From the NCBI GenBank assembly GCA_963732595.1, contig CAVSZZ010000001.1:287007-351006 (forward strand): a DNA stretch of 64,000 bases. Reading direction: 5' to 3'. Of this stretch, positions 42,918 to 50,360 are shown in pieces; position 1 is the first letter of the stretch, and every line of letters begins with the position of its first letter. The translations under genes and the position numbers were made by a program. The notes under the pieces are model-generated. The model did no database searches. It saw only the letters and a program-made list of their open reading frames with translations, and was not told the origin of the DNA. The stretch comes from an uncultured Chloroflexia bacterium. Its GTDB lineage: Bacteria; Chloroflexota; Anaerolineae; Anaerolineales; Anaerolineaceae.

Positions 42918-44237
42918 ATGAAAATCACACCCGCTGTCCGCAACCTCGTCCTGGTCTGGCTCGGATGGGCTATCCTGTTGTCAGCTTTCCAGTTTTGGGT
43001 CATACGGCGTGTCGAACTCACCCAAACTGATAACGTGCTGCGCTGGACGGCGGGTGAATCCAACCAGGAAGTGCAGGTCGGGAAAAAATACCTGCTGGAT
43101 CCCTTCTTGAACGAACACATAGCGTGGGATTCGGAATACTACCTGTCGATCGCAATGCATGGATATGATGATCCGGAGATCCGGGGAGTTCCACAAACCG
43201 GGGACAAAGGTTATTACACGTCTTTTTGCATTGTGGGACAGTCGCCCCGCTGCGTGTCTCTATCGTATGCCTTCTTCCCTCTCTATCCCCTGCTCATACG
43301 ATTCCTGGCACCCGTCTTGTTCTTCTTCCCGATCAGTGAGATCGCCCGCTTCACATTGGCCGGTCTTCTCATCAGCCTGCTGGGAACGCTGGGTGCGATG
43401 TTCTCGCTGCGACACCTGATGGGTTCCGATGCAGATGAAGCGGATGGGTTGCGTACAGCGTTTTACCTGCTGATCTTCCCGGCCGGCATCTTCCTGGCTC
43501 AGGTTTACAGCGAAGGCTTGTTCCTGGGTTTGACATTCGCCGCCCTGGCCTGTCTGAAAGATCGCAAATGGCTGCCGACCGCGATCCTGGCCGCACTGGC
43601 CTTCTGGGTGCGACCGGGTGGCGCATTGCTGCTGATGCCGATGGTGACCGTCTGGCTTATTGATAGATCCTGGAAGATGGACTGGAGGCGCGCCCTGAAA
43701 TCCGGGTTGGCAGCGCTTACACCCTTGTTATCCTACCTGGTATGGTCAATGACCACCCTGGCGGATAAATTCCATGTCATCGAAGTTCGCTTCTTCGGGT
43801 CAGGTCGGACGGATGTCCCCTGCGGCACCCAATGGGCTTCGCTGGGGCTCCCGCACGAACACTTCTGGATGTATGATCTGCAAGGCAGCCTGATCGGGTG
43901 GACCAGCGCGCTGCAATCCCTGAGCATGATCACACCCCAACGGGTCTTTTACTACGGAATTGAGCTCGCAGCCATTCTGTTGACCTTGATCACAAGCGCC
44001 CTGCTGATCCGAAAACGCCCGGAAATCGCTCTGTATGGTCTGGCAGTGGTCACGGTAACGATCTTGAGCGGAGCCCCACAGAGTATGGTGCGTTATGTGA
44101 TCGCGGTGCCTGCCTTGTTCATGGTCCTGGCCAGCTGGGGTCGCAATCCAATCTTCGATCGTCTTTGGACGCTGGCGAGTTGTCTTTTGCTGGCCTTGCT
44201 GGCCTTGCTGTTCAGCTTCAACCATTGGGTGGGATAA
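42918..44237 (+). CDS. Integral membrane GT-C type glycosyltransferase (PIG-V/mannosyltransferase-like)
   Basis: Multi-TM protein. The first loop carries WDSEYYLSIAMHGY, resembling the WD..~Y..IA..GY motif of PIG-V-like mannosyltransferases. ATG at 42918 preceded by AAGGAA (the ORF is open from GTG 42885). Confidence 0.5.
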   Translation: MKITPAVRNLVLVWLGWAILLSAFQFWVIRRVELTQTDNVLRWTAGESNQEVQVGKKYLLDPFLNEHIAWDSEYYLSIAMHGYDDPEIRGVPQTGDKGYYTSFCIVGQSPRCVSLSYAFFPLYPLLIRFLAPVLFFFPISEIARFTLAGLLISLLGTLGAMFSLRHLMGSDADEADGLRTAFYLLIFPAGIFLAQVYSEGLFLGLTFAALACLKDRKWLPTAILAALAFWVRPGGALLLMPMVTVWLIDRSWKMDWRRALKSGLAALTPLLSYLVWSMTTLADKFHVIEVRFFGSGRTDVPCGTQWASLGLPHEHFWMYDLQGSLIGWTSALQSLSMITPQRVFYYGIELAAILLTLITSALLIRKRPEIALYGLAVVTVTILSGAPQSMVRYVIAVPALFMVLASWGRNPIFDRLWTLASCLLLALLALLFSFNHWVG

Positions 44238-44297
44238 CACACAGGGTTTTCAGGATCTTTAACAACCGACTAGTCGTCTAAACCACAGGCAATCTTA

Positions 44298-44326
44298 TTG
44301 ACAGCGCCTACAATACTATGTATAAT
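44298..44326 (+). promoter_or_regulatory. Consensus sigma-70 promoter TTGACA-17 nt-TATAAT upstream of the LacI-family gene
   Basis: TTGACA at 44298-44303, a 17-nt spacer, and TATAAT at 44321-44326. Both hexamers match the consensus perfectly, 65 nt upstream of the ATG at 44392. Confidence 0.6.
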
Positions 44327-44338
44327 GGACAAAGCTAA

Positions 44339-44350
44339 GAGAGCGCTCTC
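44339..44350. promoter_or_regulatory. Perfect palindrome GAGAGCGCTCTC, candidate LacI-family (CebR-like) operator
   Basis: 12-bp perfect palindrome centred on CG, 13 nt downstream of the -10 box. It resembles the Streptomyces CebR box TGGGAGCGCTCCCA. Confidence 0.5.
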
Positions 44351-44391
44351 ACGATATTGCACGATCCTTCGCAGTCATATGGAGACTTTGG

Positions 44392-45419
44392 ATGCCGGAA
44401 TTGACGCTCGAAGATATCGCAAAAAAAGTCGGTGTTTCACGCTCAACCGTTTCGAGAGTCGTTAATGGTTTCCCAAATGTTAATCCAGAAGTTCGCTCAA
44501 AAGTGGTTGAGGCCATCCAGGAGACCGGATACCACCCCAATGCGGCAGCCCGCTCCCTGGCTTCCCAGCGTTCGGGTGTCATAGGCCTGATGCTCCCCCG
44601 CAGTGTTTCTTCCTTTTTCGTCGATCCCTTCTTTCCCCAACTAACCCAGGGTGTCGCCACCGCCTGCAACAAGAATGACCTGACCCTGTCCCTGTACCTG
44701 GTCAGCAATAAAGAAGATGAAGAAAAAATATACCCGCGTATTTCCAGACGCGGGTTATTAGACGGGATCCTGGTTCAATCCGGCCAGCCGGATGATCGCA
44801 TGATGGAATATCTGGCCACTTCCCGGGTCCCCAATGTCATCCTGGGCCGCCCCTTTGTTCCCGAAGGTGCAAACTATATAGATGTAGATAACGTAAGCGC
44901 AGCTGCAAATGCGACCCGCCACCTGATCAAACTCGGCTACCAGCGGATCGCCACCATCACCGGGGAACGAGGCAGCGCGGCCACCATCGACCGTCTGGAC
45001 GGGTATAAACATGCGCTTAAGAGCGCAGGCCGGGCGATCGATGAATCCCTGATCGTGCAAGGCAATTTCACCGAGGCGGGCGGCTATGCAGCCATGCAGA
45101 AGTTGCTGCCTTTAAACCGGATGCCGTTTTCGCTGCCTCTGATATCACCGCCGTGGGCGCCATGAATGCCGTCGTGGAAGCTGGTTTGAGTATCCCGGAG
45201 GATATCGCCTTCGTGGGTTTCGATGATGTGGCAATCGCCACCATGGGAAAGATCAAGCTGACCACCGTCCGCCAACCCATCGTGCAGTTCGGCATGAAGG
45301 CCGTGGACTTATTGATCGATGTCATCAATAACGGCAAGAAACCCGCGCGGCGGATCACGATCGAGACAGAGTTGATCATCCGCGAATCGTGCGGTGCCCA
45401 AAAGAAAGTGAAAGTCTGA
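44392..45419 (+). pseudogene. LacI-family transcriptional regulator, one frameshift
   Basis: HTH LEDIAKKVGVSRSTVSRVVNG. ORFs 44392-45165 and 45153-45419 join if one A is added to the run in cctttaaaccgg (45111-45117), which restores ..LLPLKPDAVFAASDITAVGAMNAV.. Confidence 0.8.
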
Positions 45420-45443
45420 CGGTCCATCATGATTGATAACCGC

Positions 45444-45455
45444 GAGAGCGCTTTC
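45444..45455. promoter_or_regulatory. Second copy of the operator-like palindrome (GAGAGCGCTTTC, 1 mismatch)
   Basis: Located 25 nt after the LacI stop and upstream of the ROK regulator / ABC transporter genes. Confidence 0.4.
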
Positions 45456-45524
45456 TTAAGGAATAATTATTGGATACCTGGTATCAGGACGTTTATCATA
45501 GACGAGGGATGACATTTGTCACAA

Positions 45525-45553
45525 TTGCAATTCACCTCAGAATCGCTGATACT
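45525..45553 (+). promoter_or_regulatory. Candidate promoter TTGCAA-17 nt-GATACT for the ROK regulator gene
   Basis: -35 box at 45525-45530 (5/6 match), 17-nt spacer, -10 box at 45548-45553 (4/6, with A2 and T6 conserved). It abuts the inverted repeat at 45553-45580. Confidence 0.35.
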
Positions 45554-45580
45554 ATGTTTGTTTATCCATGCAACAAACTA
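45553..45580. promoter_or_regulatory. Inverted repeat tatGTTTGTTT-N8-AACAAACta, XylR(ROK)-type operator candidate
   Basis: GTTTGTT (45556-45562) and AACAAAC (45572-45578) form inverted half-sites just upstream of the ROK gene ATG at 45600. The half-sites resemble Bacillus-type xylO as I recall it. Confidence 0.45.
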
Positions 45581-45599
45581 TCGTTTTGTCGTTAACCGA

Positions 45600-46820
45600 A
45601 TGCAAAACAACCAGACCGCCGACCAGGACTCCGTTCGCAAGGTAAACACCTCCCTTGTTTTGAATGCCTTGCGGCTGCATGCACCCATCTCGCGAGCCGA
45701 CCTGGCCAATTTAACGAACCTGAATCGCAGCACCATCTCCAATATTGTGAGCGTCCTGATCGACGACGGCCTGGTCCTCGAGTTAAATGCGATGGAATCC
45801 AAGATCGGCCGGCCCGGGATAGCCCTCACCTTGCGGCCGGAGGGCGGCGCAGTCATCGGTATCGAGATCGGTGTGGGATTCATCTCAGTCATCCTGACTG
45901 ATTTCGTCGCCACGATCCTCTGGCGGGGCCGGTATGAATTTCAGGTGGAAACCCCGCAAATCGCAGTCATTTCAAAAGTTGAAGAGCTGGTCAGCCAGGC
46001 AATTGCCTTTGCCGATTCCAGGCAGCTGCGGCTGCTCGGTATCGGCTTGGGCGTGCCAGGTCTGGTCAATGTCCAGAATGGAGAATTGCTCTTTGCTCCC
46101 AACCTGGGTTGGCGGAACGTGCCTTTGCGCTTGATGTTGAGCCAGAAATTCCACACCCCGATTTATGTGGAGAACGAAGCCAACCTGGGTGCACTGGGCG
46201 AGTATTACTTTGGTGTCGGTCGCAATGTGGATAATTTCGTTTACCTCAGTTCAGGTGTAGGCCTGGGCGGAGGTATCATCATCAATGGCAAGTTGCTTAA
46301 AGGGGGCAGTGGTTTTGCCGGCGAGATCGGCCACATCCAGCGTGATCCCCAGGGAGAATTGTGTGGTTGCGGCAGGCGCGGTTGTTGGGAGACCCAGGTG
46401 GGTCCACGAGCCATCCTGCAGCGGGTCAAACGTTCGATCGAGGCTGACCCTCAGCAGCCACTTTCCAAAATTGTGGGTGGCGACCTGGAGAAATTAACCT
46501 TCAACCAGGTGGTGGATTGCGCTCTGCAAGGCGATGAATTATGCCGGGCCGCCCTTGTAAATGTCGGTGAAAACCTGGGGACAGGGATCGCCGATCTTGT
46601 TAACATCTTCAATCCCCAGATGGTGATCATCGGTGGCGCATTCAATTATGGTCGCGAGATCATCCTGCCCGTCCTCGAAAAAACGATCGCGGACGAGACC
46701 CTGCCCTCAATCAGGCAGGATCTGGAGGTTATCATTTCTGATCAGGGTGCGGATGCCACGGTCCTGGGCGCGATTGCTGTCGTCCTGGATGACATCTTGA
46801 GAAGCATCGCACTGGTATGA
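45600..46820 (+). CDS. ROK-family transcriptional regulator (XylR/NagC-like: wHTH + sugar-kinase fold)
   Basis: N-terminal wHTH (NTSLVLNALRLHAPISRADLANLTNLNRSTISNIV), then a ROK domain with the GHI..D..G..CGCG..GCWE zinc motif. The ORF is open from TTG 45516, but that start lies upstream of the predicted promoter. Confidence 0.8.
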   Translation: MQNNQTADQDSVRKVNTSLVLNALRLHAPISRADLANLTNLNRSTISNIVSVLIDDGLVLELNAMESKIGRPGIALTLRPEGGAVIGIEIGVGFISVILTDFVATILWRGRYEFQVETPQIAVISKVEELVSQAIAFADSRQLRLLGIGLGVPGLVNVQNGELLFAPNLGWRNVPLRLMLSQKFHTPIYVENEANLGALGEYYFGVGRNVDNFVYLSSGVGLGGGIIINGKLLKGGSGFAGEIGHIQRDPQGELCGCGRRGCWETQVGPRAILQRVKRSIEADPQQPLSKIVGGDLEKLTFNQVVDCALQGDELCRAALVNVGENLGTGIADLVNIFNPQMVIIGGAFNYGREIILPVLEKTIADETLPSIRQDLEVIISDQGADATVLGAIAVVLDDILRSIALV

Positions 46821-46957
46821 GTACTTGGAGGACGCTTGAACAGCCTGATGGATGTCCTCTCGAAATGAGTTCATTCTTGAAAGGAGGTGGTGGCAAAAAC
46901 CATCGAAATGAAAGGTAATTGTTCGTGCAACCAAAAATTTTCAAGGAGAAAAAGAAA

Positions 46958-48388
46958 ATGAAACGTTTGTCAATTGTTTTATCGGTTCTGATCGCAGTTT
47001 CCATGCTGCTTACCGCATGCGGCACGCCTGCGACTGAAGCGACCAAAGCCCCCGCTGTCGAAGCACCTGCAGCGACCGCAGCTCCTGCCGAAGGCAAGAC
47101 GGTCCTCAATGTCTGGTCCTTCACCAATGAGATCCTGACCATGGCCGTTGCCTATGAGAAGGATCATCCGGATGTGGACGTGGTCTACACCATGATCCCC
47201 ATGACCAATGGTGAATACCAGACCAAACTCATGGCCACCCTCGGCACCCCGGACGTTCCGGATGTGGTTGCCCTCGAAGCCGCCTTCGTCAAGCAATATG
47301 TCGAGAGCGATTTCCTGGCTGACCTGAGCGACCTCATGCCCTACGCTGAAGAATTGAAAATGTACCCCTTCGTGTATGAGACCGCCACTGCTGATGGCGT
47401 CGTCAAGGGCTTTTCCTATCAGGCGACCCCCGGCGCCCTGTTCTATCGCCGCAGCCTGGCCAAGGAATATTTTGGCACCGACGATCCCACCGAAATGCAG
47501 GCGATCTTGAGCGACATGGACAAGTACATCGCAGCAGCTGAAGTCGTCAAGACCAAATCCAGTGGCAACACCTTCATGGTCGCCTCGAATGGTGACTTCA
47601 TGAACCTGTTCTATGCCAACCGTGCCGAACCCTGGGTTGTCGATGGCAAATTGACCGTCGATCCGATGGTTAACAAGCTGATCGAAACAGCCAAACTGTT
47701 CCGCGATAACGCCTACGAAGCCCGCGCCACCCAGTGGCAAGAAGGCTGGTTCGCCGGCATGAATGACACCCTCAAGGATGCCTCCGGCAATCCCAAGAAG
47801 ATCTTCTCCTACTTCCTCCCGACCTGGGGCCTGCCCTACGTTCTGGCCCCCAATGCCAAATCGGCTGACGGCGCCTCAGACACCTCCGGTGACTGGGCAG
47901 CCATCCCCGGCCCGCTCTCCTATCAGTGGGGCGGTACCTGGTTGGGTGTGATGAATGACACCACCAAGATGGACCTGGCCAAGGACTTCGTCCGCTTCTG
48001 CACGCTGGATGAAGGGAACCTGACCAACTGGGCCACCGGTGTGTACACCAATGAATACCTCAAAGCCATTGACCCGACCGTTCCGGAAGGTCAATCGCAG
48101 GCTGCTGGTGACTTCATCGGCTCGCAGGTTGTTGCCGAAAAACTCACCCCGCTGTTCAGCGATTCCGCGATGAGCGCATTCATGGGTGGACAGAACTTCT
48201 ACGAAATGTGGAATGCCGCTGCCCCCAAGGTCAATGCCCGCCTGTTCCAGGGATCTGACGACGCCATTCAGCGCGCCCTCAATGATCCTTTGAATTCCTA
48301 TCTCGAAGGTACAGTCACGTTGGACGAAATGTGGCAGCTCTGGAAAGACGCTGTCCGCAATGAGTTCCCGGATTTGATCATCGAGTAA
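46958..48388 (+). CDS. ABC transporter sugar-binding lipoprotein (family 1 solute-binding protein)
   Basis: MKRLSIVLSVLIAVSMLLTAC lipobox, an Ala/Pro/Thr linker, then a ~440-aa SBP. AAGGAG RBS. Two sugar permease genes follow. Confidence 0.8.
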   Translation: MKRLSIVLSVLIAVSMLLTACGTPATEATKAPAVEAPAATAAPAEGKTVLNVWSFTNEILTMAVAYEKDHPDVDVVYTMIPMTNGEYQTKLMATLGTPDVPDVVALEAAFVKQYVESDFLADLSDLMPYAEELKMYPFVYETATADGVVKGFSYQATPGALFYRRSLAKEYFGTDDPTEMQAILSDMDKYIAAAEVVKTKSSGNTFMVASNGDFMNLFYANRAEPWVVDGKLTVDPMVNKLIETAKLFRDNAYEARATQWQEGWFAGMNDTLKDASGNPKKIFSYFLPTWGLPYVLAPNAKSADGASDTSGDWAAIPGPLSYQWGGTWLGVMNDTTKMDLAKDFVRFCTLDEGNLTNWATGVYTNEYLKAIDPTVPEGQSQAAGDFIGSQVVAEKLTPLFSDSAMSAFMGGQNFYEMWNAAAPKVNARLFQGSDDAIQRALNDPLNSYLEGTVTLDEMWQLWKDAVRNEFPDLIIE

Positions 48389-48405
48389 TCTAGACTGGTA
48401 AAAAC

Positions 48406-48446
48406 GAATGAGTCAGTGTATAGTAACAACATACACTGACTCATTC
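48406..48446 (+). other. Perfect 16-bp intercistronic stem-loop after the binding-protein gene
   Basis: gaatgagtcagtgtat - agtaacaac - atacactgactcattc. No U-tract follows. It sits between the SBP stop (48388) and the permease start (48461). Confidence 0.6.
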
Positions 48447-48460
48447 AAGAGGGATGGCAC

Positions 48461-49378
48461 ATGCTACGAAAAAAGACTTTCAAACTTAATTACGGTTACG
48501 TCTTCATCGCCCCATTTGTGATCGGTTTCCTGTTATTTGGACTTTATCCGGTCTACAACACGCTGGCATTGAGTTTTACCAATACCACCATGTTGACCCA
48601 CAAGGATGATTTTGTGGGATTGCAGAATTTCATCCGATTATTCCAGGACAATACCTTCTTAACTGCTGTTAAGAACACCTGGCAGTTGTGGCTGATGAAC
48701 TTCATCCCGCAACTGGGAATCGCCATTCTCCTGGCTGTCTGGTTCACCAATGTGCGCCTTAAGATCAAAGGGGTCGGTGTCTGGCGCATGTTATTCTACA
48801 TGCCTAATCTGCTGATGCCCGCAGCGGTAGCTGCGTTGTACTTCAGTTTGTTTTCATATTATGGTCCCGTCAATCAACTCCTGGTTCCCGCCGGGCTCCT
48901 CCCGGAAGCCATCGATTTCATCCGTAATACGGATGTGATGCGAGGCCTGGTGGTCTTCATCCAATGGTGGATGTGGTTCGGTCAGACCACCATCATCCTG
49001 ATGGCGGCCATGAGCTCCATCTCCCTATCCCTTTACGAAGCAGCTGTCATCGACGGCGCCCATGACTGGCAGATCTTCCGCTATGTGACCCTGCCTTTGA
49101 TCAAACCGGTCATGATCTTCATCCTGGTTACCTCGCTGGTCGGTGGTATGCAGATGTTCGATATTCCTTACCTGTTGACGGACGGCCGCGGAAGCCCCGC
49201 AAACTCCATCCTGACCAATACCATCATGATGTACATGCGTTTCCGCAGCAATGAAGGTCACATCGGAGCAGCCTCGGCCATCGGTGTGATGATCTTCATC
49301 ATGACATCCATTGTCGCGCTGATGATCTTCTACCTACTGCGTGAAAAAGATGGTGACCAATCTTCGAAAGTGAAATAA
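48461..49378 (+). CDS. Carbohydrate ABC transporter permease (MalF/BPD type)
   Basis: 305 aa, 6 TM helices. EAA-like loop ..YEAAVIDGAHDWQIFRYVTLPLIKP.. Confidence 0.85.
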   Translation: MLRKKTFKLNYGYVFIAPFVIGFLLFGLYPVYNTLALSFTNTTMLTHKDDFVGLQNFIRLFQDNTFLTAVKNTWQLWLMNFIPQLGIAILLAVWFTNVRLKIKGVGVWRMLFYMPNLLMPAAVAALYFSLFSYYGPVNQLLVPAGLLPEAIDFIRNTDVMRGLVVFIQWWMWFGQTTIILMAAMSSISLSLYEAAVIDGAHDWQIFRYVTLPLIKPVMIFILVTSLVGGMQMFDIPYLLTDGRGSPANSILTNTIMMYMRFRSNEGHIGAASAIGVMIFIMTSIVALMIFYLLREKDGDQSSKVK

Positions 49379-49390
49379 GGAGATCAGACA

Positions 49391-50230
49391 ATGAACCCAA
49401 AAACTCTACTGAATATACAGCGCGGTCTGGTCTACCTCTTCCTGGCCATCCTGCTGGTTATCACCCTGATTCCGATCTGGATGCTGCTGGTCAATGCCAC
49501 CCGTTCGACAACCCAGATCCAGCAGGGAGTCGGTTTTTTGCCCAGCGTTTACCTGGTCTCGAACTACAAGATCCTGCTATCCAAAGGTCTTGACCTGCCC
49601 CTCGGCTTTCTCAACAGCTTCACCATCGCCATCGCGGTCACCGCTGTGTCAGTCTATTTTGCATTTCTGACAGCTTACGGTATCGTGGCATATGACTTCA
49701 AGGGCAAGAAATATCTCTATAACTCGATCCTGATCCTGGTCATGATCCCGATGCAGTTGTCGATCATCGGTTATTACCACTATATGTCCAAGCTGGGATT
49801 GACCGATAATTACCTGTCCCTCATCCTGCCCAGCATCGCCTCGGCAGGGGCGGTGTATTTTGCCAAGTCCTATCTTGACGGGGTCGTCATCCAGGATCTG
49901 ATCGATGCAGGCCGGGTCGACGGTGCCAGCGAATTGGGCATCTTCCACAGCATCATGATGCCGATCGCAGCTCCCGGTGCGTTTACCCTGGGTATCTTCT
50001 CCTTTGTCGGCGCCTGGAACAACTTCTTCAACGCTTATATCCTGATCACGACCCGGGATAAGTACACCCTCCCCATGCTCGTGCAAACCCTGCGTGGTGA
50101 TGTGTACCGCCATGAGTACGGTGCCATTTACCTTGGCCTGGCAGCCTCGATCATTCCGATCATCATCATCTACTTCCTGTTCTCACGCTTCATCGTGAGC
50201 GGTATCTCCATGGGTGCTGTGAAGGAATGA
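49391..50230 (+). CDS. Carbohydrate ABC transporter permease (MalG type)
   Basis: 279 aa, 6 TM helices. EAA-like loop ..DAGRVDGASELGIFHSIMMPIAAP.. Confidence 0.85.
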   Translation: MNPKTLLNIQRGLVYLFLAILLVITLIPIWMLLVNATRSTTQIQQGVGFLPSVYLVSNYKILLSKGLDLPLGFLNSFTIAIAVTAVSVYFAFLTAYGIVAYDFKGKKYLYNSILILVMIPMQLSIIGYYHYMSKLGLTDNYLSLILPSIASAGAVYFAKSYLDGVVIQDLIDAGRVDGASELGIFHSIMMPIAAPGAFTLGIFSFVGAWNNFFNAYILITTRDKYTLPMLVQTLRGDVYRHEYGAIYLGLAASIIPIIIIYFLFSRFIVSGISMGAVKE

Positions 50231-50360
50231 TCTGACAGAGACGTGATCGATCGTTCTCAAAACCAGCTCGATCAGATCCGCAGTGTGAGTCCTCGCATGT
50301 GCGCGTGGTCTGGTTGAGTGCGTCTACAGCAGGAAAAATCTACGAAATTCAGGTAGTCTT

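Noticed and set aside
45516-45599. N-terminal extension of the ROK regulator from a TTG start (MSQLQFTSESLILCLFIHATNYRFVVNR...).
   Set aside because: The extension covers the candidate promoter and the inverted-repeat operator and has no homology-like features. The ATG at 45600 starts the wHTH domain at the usual distance.
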